From Octopus bimaculoides (taxonomy: Eukaryota): DNA of 64,000 nucleotides. The DNA is taken from the NCBI RefSeq assembly GCF_001194135.2, contig NC_068997.1:50232685-50296684 (forward strand), read 5' to 3'. Of this stretch, positions 39,497 to 52,118 are shown piece by piece. Each line of letters opens with the position of its first letter. Positions within the stretch are counted from its first letter, which is position 1. The notes below the pieces were generated by a model, which did no database searches, was not told where the DNA came from, and was given only the letters and a program-made list of their open reading frames with translations. A program made the translations under genes and the position numbers.

Positions 39497-40286
39497 ATTG
39501 GGATCCTTTGGAAAACCTTCTTTAGGTCAAAACATACAAAGAGTTAGTTTTTCTTTGCAAAGACTTATTTCTCAGAAATTTTGCATCATTAGTTCCATAT
39601 CATAGTACCAATGCTAAATTACTTGGTTCGTATTCTCTGGCACTCAGCCTCTCTGTCTCATCTCTTACCACTTCTATAATTTCATTCATCAACCTGTGAC
39701 CTCTGTAACTTCACTCCTGTGCACAAATTTTGTTTACCTCTGTATAATTTGCCTAAAACTACATTGGAGATGTAGAAAATAGATATATGGATGATGATGT
39801 GAAAAAACACAGGCTGCTGTTTAACAGAAATCTATTTTATTCTCCAGAAAATGGGATGGTTGTGTCTAGAAAGAATGTTGTAATAGTAAAAAGGCTTCTA
39901 ATTCAATCTTATGAAATGATCATCATCATCATTATCATTATCATGCTGGCATGGGTGGGATGTGGTTAACCAATCTATGTAATCCAAAAGAGGTTTCAAT
40001 GTTCATGAAATGACTAGGAAAATTGGATGAAATCAGAGTTTTTCTGTTAAGTGTATTGTAACAGAACAGTCATTGAGCCAAAGTATAAAGCCAGAAAGGC
40101 TCTATAATGTGTGTGTGTGTGTGTGTAGAAGTTTATATACACAGTATGTCTCTATGCAAGTGAGTCTGTAGAAATGGTTTAAGCAGTTCAGAAAACTTAA
40201 CTCAGTTGATAACAAACCGCTTATCTCTGTACAAAAGGCACAAATGAAGTGCATTACATACATGCAAATAGAATCTGCAGAATAGA

Positions 40287-40355
<69 letters not shown>

Positions 40356-40829
40356 CAAATAAGTCTCTATAAATTCTGTGTACATACTTATGTGTGTGTG
40401 TGTGTGCGTGTCCATGAGTTTATAACTTTATGAAGTGACAATCCAGCTAATTCATGTTTTCATTATGAAAGCTGGAAACTGAAGAAAATTCATCCAAAAT
40501 AAAACATTCAAGTAAGAAGAGGTCTCTGACTTGTCTAGAAGGACAGCTATCATTCCCAAGAAGAATACCTATCATTCATAGGTTCATCATTTTACATTCG
40601 CCTTTTATACTAGCATGGGTTGGACAGGTCATCGTAGTCCAAGCCAGTTCTTGTTTAAACATATTGCCCTTTTTGAATGTTTCATTTTGGTATGGCTTCT
40701 GTGGTTTGATGCACTTCTTTTTCCCAGCCACTTTACAGTGTGTATTGAGTGCATTTTAATGTGGCACCAAAACTGAAGAGGTTGTCTTTGTCCTCAGCAA
40801 AAGACTAAAGAGTTCTCACGACTTCACAT

Positions 40830-41340
40830 TACTTCCATTTATTCAAGAGAGTCGTGTTGAATGAGAGAGTGATGTCAGAGAGAAGCAAAGTGTGAGGGTG
40901 AAAGAGGAGAGTGTATGATGGGAGAAAGAGTGAAAGAGATGAGTGGGTGGCGGTGGTTGAGGAGAGGAACAGAAGAGAGACTTTGACGGCAGATTCATGT
41001 TCTTTTTTGGTAAAGGATATTGAGTATAAAAACAGCACGAGCAGTTTGAGGGGGAAAGAGAGAGAGATTGGTAGGAAGGAGTAGTGGGAGTGTTGGAAGA
41101 CAATGCATGAGAGAGTAGCAGTGAGAAGATAATGATAGCTATCAGTAATGAGTGACCCGGAACAAAGAGAGTCATTTGGTTAAGCAATACAGAAGGGTGA
41201 TGGTAGGAGGTTCTCAGTATGGACACACCTTATACTATATCCTATTATACAGGTGACCTGGTGCAGTAAATTGGAGAGAGGATAAGTGATAGATGAAATA
41301 ATACTGAGGGTAGTAGATAGACTAAATAGGAACATAATGA
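40830..41340 (-). mobile_element. Decayed CR1/L2-group LINE 3' end
   Basis: The minus-strand peptide LFLYSISF...HPHTLLLS...SFNTTLLNKW resembles the CR1-group C-terminus (LSLFYRYY...HPFTV...NSF..RT..LWN). Heavily decayed. Confidence 0.45.
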
Positions 41341-41439
41341 AGAAGAGATCCAAATGTTGATATGCTAGATATCCACCCTTCATCACTTCCACCATTTTAA
41401 TGTCCATTTTGACCTTCTTGAACCGGTGGGTGGATATTT

Positions 41440-43870
41440 TACAGCACTGTATGCCTTAATTCATTACAATCCCTTTATCTCTTTCATTCAATTCAGTTCC
41501 TTGTAATTAGTCTTCGCCACGTCACCAAATGTCTTCCCAGAATTCTCTTTCCCAAATATTCCATCAAATGTCTTCTTAGAATTCTCTCTCCCACATGTTT
41601 CACCAAATGTCTTCCTAGAATTCTCTCTCCCACATGTTTCACCAAATATCTTCCTAGAATTCTCTCTCCCACATGTTTCACCAAATGTCTTCTTAGAATT
41701 CTCTCTCCCACATGTTTCACCAAATGTCTTCCTAGAATTCTCTCTTCCACATGTTTCACCAAATGTCTTCCTAANNNNNNNNNNNNNNNNNNNNNNNNNN
41801 NNNNNNNNNNNNNNNNNNNNNNNNNNNNNNNNNNNNNNNNNNNNNNNNNNNNNNNNNNNNNNNNNNNNNNNNNNNNNNNNNNNNNNNNNNNNNNNNNNNN
41901 NNNNNNNNNNNNNNNNNNNNNNNNNNNNNNNNNNNNNNNNNNNNNNNNNNNNNNNNNNNNNNNNNNNNNNNNNNNNNNNNNNNNNNNNNNNNNNNNNNNN
42001 NNNNNNNNNNNNNNNNNNNNNNNNNNNNNNNNNNNNNNNNNNNNNNNNNNNNNNNNNNNNNNNNNNNNNNNNNNNNNNNNNNNNNNNNNNNNNNNNNNNN
42101 NNNNNNNNNNNNNNNNNNNNNNNNNNNNNNNNNNNNNNNNNNNNNNNNNNNNNNNNNNNNNNNNNNNNNNNNNNNNNNNNNNNNNNNNCACATGTTTCAC
42201 CAAATGTCTTCCTAGAATTCTCTCTTCCACATGTTTCACCAAATGTCTTCCTAGAATTCTCTCTTCCACATGTTCCACCAAATGTCTTCCTAGAATTCTC
42301 TCTCCCACATGTTTCACCAAATGTCTTCCTAGAATTCTCTCTCCCACATGTTTCACCAAATGTCTTCCTAGAATTCTCTCTCCCACATGTTTCACCAAAT
42401 GTCTTCCTAGAATTCTCTCTTCCACATGTTTCACCAAATGTCTTCCTAAAATTCTCTCTCCCACATATTCCATCAAATGTCTTCCTAGAATTCTCTCCTC
42501 CACATGCTCAGCATTTCTTTATACACCTAAATGCATCACATACCTGTACCAGCACAGTCTTCTCTCTTACATCTGATTCCTCCTATCCAGTTTTTCTCTC
42601 AGCTCATTTGTTCTCTCATTCATGCACAGTAATGTTACACATCCATTGAAGTATACTCACTTCATATCTCAATAGTTTCTACAAATCTTTTCCATTCAGG
42701 CTCACGTTTCACCACCATGCAACATCATGCTGTATACACAAGCATCACACAATCTCCTTTTTGCTCAAAGAAAGAATCTCATTGTTGCTTGTAGAGGTAA
42801 TAGCACCCTGTACTTTGACTACTATGCTGTCAGAACACTCACCTCTTCTGTTAATTAGGTTATTGAGGTAACAAAACCTATTAACTAGTTGTAGGGAGAG
42901 ACCTTTTTAGACATTTGAAAAATCTATTTCACATGTACTCTAACTACCCACTACTTGGTCTCTATCTATTGCATACAAAGTCTACCTTCTGTGTTAACCT
43001 GTTCTGGTCTCTCTGCACCACTTATGCATCTGTGATTTATAGTGGATTTGCTGTTTGGTATTTCTCTTCACATCTTTTCTGTCTCATCAGTTTTCCTGAT
43101 GCTATTAGGACCTCATCTTCTTTCATTCTTACTAAAACTTTAGTCTTTGCTAAGTTTTGAATCCATGCCTAGAGTTCCTCTCTTGATATTCTATAGATTC
43201 ACCTGTAAGAATTAGGCCATCAGCTTCAATGAGTGCTCACAGGCAGTCAGTTTTAAACTCCTCTGTTATGGCCTGGAGGATTAATAAACTATCATAAACA
43301 AGAAGGGAATGAGACTTGAACCCTCGTGAAGCTTTATGTACACACAAAATCTGCCATTGAACTCATAACTAAGTCTCACTTTGCTAACCACACTCCTCAA
43401 GCCATTCCAACTACCCTTAGTTTCTTTAATGACTATCAGTTGCATACTTTGGAACCATGTCGATGACCCACTGTAATTCAACGAATGCTAGATACAGGGG
43501 CTCACTCCATCTACAGTTGTCTCACTTTAAAAAGGGCATCAGTGGCACCACTTCCTGATACAGAATCAGAGAGCATTGCTTTCCCATCAGTTGTATTTTA
43601 ACATTTCGCATTAATTGGTTGGTGATTAAAAATCCATTCCATCTTTCTGATAAAATGATGTGCAACCAAATCATGAAGTAATCACTGCAGAGAGGCACCT
43701 TTCTACAAGAACTGGTATATCAAACAGCACTGACCTATTCCGATGTTTTTTCCATCTCCATGAAACTTAATTGCTCTCTTTACAGTGAAACTTATAGCTG
43801 CACATCTGCTGGCTCTAGGGTGCCAAAACTCACCCTGTCCCATTGAACAACCTCTTATACTAACAGCTGA
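41440..43870 (-). mobile_element. Decayed RTE (BovB-like) LINE, RT domain to C-terminus, interrupted by a minisatellite and a gap
   Basis: Minus-strand blocks: VSKVRLSYEFNGRFCVYIKLHEGSSLIPFLFMIV (compare VGVHQGSVLSPLLF), KLLRYEVSILQWMCNITVHE (compare RLERNEASMLRWMCNV) and the ...RKTF motif (compare GRPRKTW). Confidence 0.8.
41517..42505. repeat. 39-bp minisatellite (cacatgtttcaccaaatgtcttcctagaattctctct(c/t)c), spanning the N gap at 41775-42188
   Basis: About 6-7 units left of the gap and about 8 right of it, most nearly identical. Confidence 0.95.
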
Positions 43871-44539
43871 ATGCCTCTTCATTCTCATTGTCACTTAGAC
43901 TACTGTCATTTCAAACTCTTCCAGCAATCATCATCATCACCATTAACATCTGTTTTCCATTCTGGCACAAGTTAGACAGTTTGTCTGCAGCTGATAACCC
44001 TGAGAGCTGCACCAGACTCCATTCATCTGTTTTTGACTTGGTGTCTATAGCTCTTCCTAACTTCAACCACTCTACAGAGCATACTGGGTGTCTATTACAT
44101 GTCACAAGCACAAGTGCTTTTTACATGTCACCAATGCTGGCCATGGCCACAATTTCACTTAGCATGAGAGGTTTTCTCAAGAACAACAAGTCGTCAGAAG
44201 TCATGACATCCTAATTTCTCTAAACACACCATATTATTGTTTGAAAGACTTTAATTTCTCTTCATCCAGCTTTCACAGAACATTGACATAGTCTGCTCTT
44301 TACTTCTCCCCCAGCCACACTTGTTCTTTATTCATTTTATGCAGTTATGTTCTGGTATTTCTTGACATGAATATTAACCCTTGTTCATGCACTACCTGCA
44401 TAATAAATAACTCAGACACTCCCATGTCCCTGGCAATGGACCCGGCTGACTTGGAGGGATCATTGTCAATCATGGTCTAGATTTCACCAACAAATTGAGG
44501 AGTTCTTTTCTTATCAGAACGATCAGAATGAGTTTTCTG

Positions 44540-44835
44540 AGCTGCCATACCTTCCTAATCACCATTAGACTCATCCAACTCTTTCTGAATTTTCTGCATT
44601 GTCCTCAGATTGACACCCAAACACTCTGAAATGTTTGTATTGGAGCTTCTGGCATAAATGCCAAGCAGTACAACATGCCGTTTCCAAATTTCTGGCAGAG
44701 TGAATTGTGTCAGGGTGCTGTTTTTCTTACAGGCGGTGCCCAACTGACTCTACTGTACAGTTGCCAAAATCAAAAACAAGGCGCATGCATGAAATTAAAA
44801 ATATGAAATGGCAACAATTTACCCATCACACCCTG
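44540..44835 (-). mobile_element. 5' end of a Tc1/mariner-superfamily element (CAGGGTG terminus, HTH fragment)
   Basis: The minus strand begins TA-CAGGGTGTGATGGGTAAATTGTTGCC next to a (TA)n. The peptide KRHVVLLGIYARSSNTNISECLGVNLRTMQKIQK is a paired-like HTH. Confidence 0.75.
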
Positions 44836-45514
44836 TATATATATATATATATATATATATATGTTTACACACATACACAATTAGGGAAGGATGCAGGATG
44901 CCTCCCAACCATGTGGTCTTGGGTTCAGCACCTTGGGCAAGTGTTTTCTATGTCTCCAGCTCAACCAAAACCTTGAAAGTGGATTTTGGAGATGGAAACT
45001 GAAAAAAGCCTGCCATATATACTTTGTGTGTGTGTGTCCTTGTCTAGATTTCATGTGATGGTTGTAAATGAACATTATCATCATACAAGTAAGGTTGTTT
45101 GTTCCTAGTCTTCCATAAAAAACATGTCTAGTTATGGGAAAATATTATCTTGCTTGGAAGTAGATGAGGGTTAGCAACAAAATGGGTGTTCAACCATAAA
45201 AGTTTTGCCACGACAAATTCTGTCTGACCCATGCAATCGTGGAAAAGTGGATGTTAACTGATGATGGTAATACATACATATGTGAATGTATGTCATCACC
45301 ATCATCATTTAACATCCGCTTTCCATGCTGGCATGAGTTAGATGGTTTGACTGGAACTGGTAAACCAGAGATCTGCACCAAGTTCCAGTCTAATTTGGCC
45401 TGGTTTCTAGGGCTGGATGCCTTTCCTAATGCCAACCACTCCAACATACAAACTAAATCAAAAGCTCAATCAGTTGTCCATCTGTATTTGTGACAACTTT
45501 TATTTTTCAAAATA

Positions 45515-46048
45515 GAAATGATATATTTCTAAATCTCTCATAGATATTTATGCAGTAGCAGCATGATAAAGTGATAGCATGTTGTCAACTTAATGTGACA
45601 GCCCCTTAAAAGGGAAGAATTCTACTGTTATTTAGCCCAAGGAAACACCCTTGAAAACATAGGGCTAAATAACAGTAGCATTCTTCCCTTTTATGGGGCT
45701 GTCACATTAAGTTGACAACATACTATCACTTTATCATGCCACTACTGCATAAATATCTATGAGAGATTTAGAAATATATTATTTCACTTGAAATATATAT
45801 ATGTTTTCAAAGACAAATAGGCATCAACAGCTAGCGAGCTATGCTACTCCAGACTGATGATGAGCAACGACTCTGAAACTAGTCTCTGGATGCTGGCTTT
45901 GCTGGGTGGAGGTGCTTGTCTTCACTTTGAAAACATAAGGACACAGGAAATGTGTCAAGTTCAACAAGAAACAGTGTTTTCTGGGGTTAAATAACAGTAG
46001 CACTCTTCCCTTTTATAGAACTGTCACATTAAGTTGACAACATGCTAT
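45515..46048 (+). mobile_element. Putative Penelope-like pseudo-LTR remnant: 124-bp inverted repeat, 322-nt partial tandem and an internal hammerhead
   Basis: Arms 45515-45638 and 45662-45785. A third arm copy starts at 45984. Hammerhead motif at 45848-45890. The class assignment is inferred from architecture. Confidence 0.6.
45848..45890 (+). ncRNA. Minimal type I hammerhead ribozyme motif in JNK intron 1 (sense strand)
   Basis: UCCAGA-CUGAUGA-U-GAG[CAACGA]CUC-U-GAAA-C[UA]G-UC-UCUGGA. Stem I is 6 bp, stem III is the palindrome ACUAGU, and the cleavage triplet is GUC (after 45884). Confidence 0.72.
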
Positions 46049-46311
46049 GTTATTTTTCGTATTGAATTAAAAATTAAGTCCGAACAACTACAAGAACGAA
46101 TCCATTTCCTGCTCTGCTTTTCTGTGAGTACGTTCTAATTTTAAGCATGTGTCTCGAGTAGGAAATTTGAGTGTCACTAGCAACATGGCATATCCATAGA
46201 ATGGAAATGGATCATTTGGATCTTATCCAAGAATATTACGTCTACAGAAATTCCATGGAGATATACATTAGATTAGAATATTATATAATAAATAAAATTA
46301 AGTTTTTCTAT

Positions 46312-46391
<80 letters not shown>

Positions 46392-46611
46392 GTCTCTGCA
46401 CTTTGTTATTGATATAAGACAAATAATGATTACATTAGAAATGTCTTCTCCCATTATTTGAACAAGGCTGTTGTGTGTTGCTAAAGTGACTTAAGTCATT
46501 TGAATATTCAGTTAAGGCATGAAATTAGAATTTCTGTTCGCATTTAATTTTCTCTATTTGTAGGATAAATATTAGGTTAGTAATATGTCGATAATGACGA
46601 TGATGATGATG

Positions 46612-47169
46612 AATAGACATGACTGTGTGGCCAAGGCATTACATTCGGACATATTACAGCAAAGAGGATTTAAAGTAGAAAGAAAATGGCACCAGCATCA
46701 ACCGGAATGTCTAATAGAGAACGACCATTATAAGGTCTTATGGGATTTTAATGTACAGACTGATCACAGACTTCATGCAAGATGACCAGCTATTATGGTT
46801 CTGGACAAGGAGAGAAAAGAGAGTGCGTCATCATAGATGGGGCTATATCTGCAGATATGAATGTAGTGGTCAAAGAACAGGAGAATATAGGAAAATACCA
46901 GGATTTGGCCAAGGAAATATGACAATTGTGGAGGGTTTCTCCAAAAGTAATCCCAGTTGTTATATCATCACCAACAGACTCAATGGTTCCCTTATTGAGA
47001 TAGGTGTAACTACAAAAGTTGCATTGATTCAGGAATCTGTTCTATTGAGAACAGTAAAGATTATAAGAAAGGTTCTCAATTATCTAAGGAAGCTGATTGT
47101 GACTTGGTATCAATGGCATTGATGCTGGAAGTAAAACATTCATGCATACCATGAATAAAATTATTAATA

Positions 47170-47200
<31 letters not shown>
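46612..47200 (+). mobile_element. R4/Dong-type non-LTR retrotransposon 3' end (restriction-like endonuclease domain) with (TAA)n tail
   Basis: RHDCVAKALH...WHQHQPECLIENDHYKVLWDFNVQTDHRLHAR*PAIMVLDK/ECVIIDGAISADMN..KEQENIGKYQDLAKEI*QLWRV..VIPVVI...IQESVLLRTVKIIRKVL. Two CGA>TGA-type stops and a frameshift. Confidence 0.88.
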
Positions 47201-47214
47201 TGATGTTGTTAATG

Positions 47215-47480
47215 ATAAAGAAGGGAGCTGAGAAGTATATTAAGCCACTCCCTGGTAACTCCAATTTCCATGAGCTACAAAAGATAACCTTGATGGGTAC
47301 AGCCCATATACTACAGAAAGCACTCTCCATCTGAAATGGAATAAATGTGGTGGTAATTTTAGCATGCATAGCAAAACAAAAGTGCCCTTGCTACTCTTGG
47401 CCTTCGGAAGATGCCCGGTACTAAAGCAGCTCAAATAAAGTTATAATGAAAGGAAACCATAAATGATAATGATAATAATA
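47215..47480 (+). mobile_element. Second R4/Dong-type 3' fragment from a different subfamily
   Basis: IKKGAEKYIKPLPGNSNFHELQKITLMGTAHILQKALSI* (TGA at 47332-47334), then a 3'UTR and a (TAA/TGA)n tract. Confidence 0.8.
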
Positions 47481-47978
47481 TTTTAGAGGAGCAGGGTTCT
47501 CAGTTACATCAACCCCAGTGCGTAACGGGTGCTTGCTTACTTCATTGAATCCTGAAAAGATGAAAGGCAAAGTCAATCTCAATGGAATTTGAACCCAGAA
47601 TGTATAGATGGATGAAATGCCACTAAGCATTTTGTCAAGCATGCCGACGATTCTGCCAGCTCACTGCTTTAAGCATTGTAATAATAACAAAATGACTGAA
47701 GAGAAGTTTTAGAAGAGAAATTCTTTCTGCAAGTTTCTATGAATGGTTTTTGCCAAGAAAGTATTTCAGAAAAATAATTTTTAAGATGACTATGAATTCC
47801 TTGTATATTTTATCTTTATCTTTCTACTTGTTTGGTCACAATATTTCACTCTTCATATTCTTGTGGAAGGAGGTGGGATACATCTCCCATGATGCCAAAC
47901 TTCCTGGTGTGAATTAACAGATATAATTACTAAAAATGTTGTACAAATGAATCCAAAGACCCCATCTTCAGCAGTTAG

Positions 47979-48314
<336 letters not shown>

Positions 48315-48516
48315 TAGAGTATGAGGGAGATGGTTGGATAACATCTGTAGCTTTGGTTGGTCTAACTTGGAAATCCAGCTGGAATATTTGCTAACGGTTG
48401 CTTGAAATGGGACCCTTTGGAGGGTCCCCACAACCGTCACAGGAATAGTTAGCTAAGAAGATGGATGGATCTTTTCATATATTTTTCAATTTTTGTGTTA
48501 GCTATGATGATTTGGC

Positions 48517-48730
48517 TTGCCAGTACCGCATGACTGGCCTTCGTGCGTGTGACACGTAAAAGCACCCACTACACTCTCTAAGTGGTTGGCATTAGGAAGG
48601 GCATCCAGCTGTAGAAACTCTGCCAAATCAGATTGGAGCCTGGTGTTGCCATCCGGTTTCACCAGTCCTCAGTCAAATCATCCAACCCATGCTAGCATGG
48701 AAAACGGATGTTAAACGATGATGATGATGA
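48517..48730 (+). mobile_element. Young RTE-tail element in JNK intron 2
   Basis: About 95% similar by eye to 54121-54300 and to the reverse complement of 63690-63830. Confidence 0.85.
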
Positions 48731-49167
48731 TATGATGTATATACTTGGGTAGTCACCAATTGTATGACCACAGATTTTTAATGCAGAGAGAATTCTCTAA
48801 ATGGTTTTAGTTCTTGATGTAAGCTTGTTATTCAAGAACTTTGATTCGGTTCTGTACATGTGCTGTTGAGACACAGGAACCAAGTTAACTCATTTTTGAT
48901 AGCAAGTATTTTCATATGACATAGTACCCTCGTTTTATTTTTACTGACCATGGTTAGCATGTTACATCAACAGCAAAAATTTAATCAGCACAATGTGAGT
49001 TAAAATGATTCTTGTTCTAGAAAATAATAGCAAATGTTTTAGAAGAACAAGTTGGCTGCTACAGTAACAACTACATAAATGTCCTCTTACTTTCAGTGAT
49101 GAATTGGTATATCCAGAGGAGACAGGTATTGGCACCAGTTTCCACCAATCACTGCTATTTAACAATA

Positions 49168-49471
49168 AACATCGCCCTTTCAAAGCCTAGCCAGGCTCAT
49201 GGGCCCGGTTTCCCGGTTTCTATGGCGTATGTGTTCCCCCCAGCTGGACAGGACGCCAGTCCATCACAGCGTTACTCAAGAAACAGGAAAAAAGAGTGAG
49301 AGAAAGTTGGGGCGAAAGAGTACAACAGGGGTCGCCACCACCCCCTGCCGTAGCCTTGTGGGGCTTAGGTGTTTTCACTCAATAAACACTCACAACGCCT
49401 AGTCTGGGAATCGAAACCGCGATCCTCCGACTGCGAGTCCGCTACCCTAACCACTGAGCCATTGCGCCTCC
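49168..49471 (-). mobile_element. Full-length young SINE family B (304 bp) with a perfect 16-bp TSD
   Basis: CTGCTATTTAACAATA occurs at 49152-49167 and 49472-49487. tRNA-like head, central gatggactggcgtcctgtccag motif, CpG-rich. Confidence 0.92.
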
Positions 49472-50883
49472 CTGCTATTTAACAATACCTCTTTAAAAAT
49501 TTAGGTGGTTTGTTGTAGAGCTTAGGAGTGAAACATTATTAAATGGTCTACTGTGTTTAGACTGTATTGTTGAAATTAGGTGAAGGTAGATGTTCACTTC
49601 ATTATCAGCAAATTCGAAGGTTTATGTTGAGGTCTCATCACTGATTTGTATGTGTATGCATGTACTAATGTTGAGCAAGCAATGGCCTTCTTTACCCTAT
49701 CAGGAAACATTTTACAAGGATTAATATAATATAAATTTACTAGAGATTTCAAGGGCTAGTGTTTAGCTTTTTTATGGTTTTAAGCAGATAGATAAATCTC
49801 CTCTTAGGGTACTTGTATATTTGGCAGGTAACATTAACGAAAAATCCAGTGACTACATTACCATATAGAATTAAAATAAACAAACAGTAACAGTGAATTT
49901 GATCCCAAAGATCTAAGAACTTGTAGAATAATGCCATATCCGCTCAGCCATTCAACTTCTTTAGAGCTAAACAATTTAATAACCTTCCAAACTAACTTGT
50001 AATTCCAGCACTCTCAAATTATTCATATTTTGACTTCACCTGGGACTACATTTCACATTCATGATGAAACCATCTTGTCTGGGGAGTCAGGATTTGTTGT
50101 ATGTTGGTTCTCCTCACTGCCATGTTTTTTTGTTTTTTGTTAAGTGGAGATGAGATTAATGGTTATCAGAGACAGATAAGGTGACCTAATCAGTGTGCAA
50201 TGGCTGATTTCTAAGGCCTCATACATTGAGCACAGATTTAGGGCCTAGGCAGCTATGTGAAAATGTCATTGGATTAGATCTCTTCAGTTGGCTGCTACTG
50301 CACTCTTGTGAGATCAGTCCTGCGAGGTACCCGTCTTCAAACCTCAGCTAGGAGTCAGTAAGCCCCTGGTAAGCCAAGGCTAAATTATAGGTTTCATTCC
50401 CAGTTAATTGATTTCATTTTTTTCAAGGTCAGTCAGCATTATTCAGGGTCAAAAGTGCTCTGAATTGGAGAAAACTTTAGAGCATCACTCATGATGCTAT
50501 ACAGTACTTGTTATGTTTTTTTGTGTCTGGGTTCAAATCTTGCTGTTGCCTGCTACTTTGCTGGTAGACTTAATCTGTCACATGGTTTAACACCACCATC
50601 TGGTCCTTCAGTACCTTTAGCCAAGCTCCCTGTTTTGCAAGCATTCAGGTCAGGTCTTGAATCTCAGAACAACTCCCTTTTCTACCTTTTATCAGTCTTG
50701 GAAACCCTGAAAAGGATTATGAGCATTGCCCCTCCTTTTGACTAAACAATTAAAAAAAAAAAAAAACTTATTACAATTTCTGGCCCCTTCTCTGGTGACC
50801 TAACATCCGGTTCAGGATTATGTAAAATTTTCAGTTTTCAGACTTGAGAATTTGTAAAATCTTCTTCAGTTTATCATCTAAAT

Positions 50884-51221
50884 TAGGGTTTCTCAACCAT
50901 TTTTTTCATCTGTGGACCTCTTTGATTACTATTTTATTCTGGTGGACCCCCATAGCCATTCAATGTTTAAAAACTAGTTTTATAGAAGCTTCTTTCAAAA
51001 TTCCTCTTTTGTTTTTCACACATTAACTTGTTGTGTAGGTTAAACTATGTAAAATGTTAGAAAAAGAAACCTATATGTTTTTTTTGCAATACACACCAAT
51101 ACATACATCTAAAGCAAATATTCTTCTCGGGTCCTTAAAATACTGTAGTGGGTTCCCAATTTACTATTTTGTTGTGTGGACCCCGCAAAAATCTTATATG
51201 AACCCTGGTTGAGAACCATTG
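50884..51221. mobile_element. hAT-type MITE
   Basis: TIRs (c/t)agggtttctcaacc...ggttgagaaccattg, with an imperfect 8-bp TSD atctaaat/atatacat. Confidence 0.75.
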
Positions 51222-51510
51222 ATATACATAATCTCTCTCTCTCTGCATTGACTTGCCCACCACCAAAGCCACACTACCCCTACAGTCACCATTACCCTCA
51301 TTACCAGTGGACTTTGACAGTGTTTCCTTCTGTGCCTATTCATCTATTTCATAATCTGCCTGACCTTGTTTGACCAGTGTCAATCATCCATGCGGTCAGT
51401 CCAGTCGTCCAATCCGTCGTCCCGCTATAGCTTGTCCTGCTGGCTGCTTGCTTATTAACATCACAATCACCTCCACTAACACTTATTACTACTACACAAT
51501 ACAGAAATTA

Positions 51511-51542
<32 letters not shown>

Positions 51543-51778
51543 TTAAAATACAGAAATCATTAGCATGGTTATTATTATCATCATTAATTACTACTACCAC
51601 AACCACCACCACTACTAATAATACTGATATAAAATACAGAAATCTTTAAGCATGGCTATTATTGCTTCTGTCATTTATTATTATGACTATTACTATAACT
51701 ACTAGTTGTACTACTACTAACTACTGTTACGCCTGTGTTACTATTTGATATTACAACTATCACTGTTGTTATATCACC

Positions 51779-51812
<34 letters not shown>

Positions 51813-52085
51813 TTATTATTATACTGCAGCTATTGATTTGAGGCAGGCATGATTTCCATTGGAGAGCACGAGAGTTAGGTGAAAGCTGCAGTGTGTATGT
51901 ATAATACTGTGAAATCTGGTTTTATTTACAGAGTACGGAATAGCGATATAGTGGTGGTGGTGGTGGTGGTGGTATTGGTACCACAGTTAGTAGCCAGTGG
52001 TAGCGGTAGTAGAAATGGTTGTGGTAGTAGCAAATTTGTAGTGTCAGAGGTAGGTGATGTCGACGACGATGGTAGCAGCATCATC

Positions 52086-52118
<33 letters not shown>

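Noticed and set aside
41493-42503. 336-aa repeat ORF (VGERILGRHLVKH)n
   Set aside because: It is open only because the 39-bp unit has no stop and the gap is translated as X. It lies antisense in a JNK intron inside a dead LINE.
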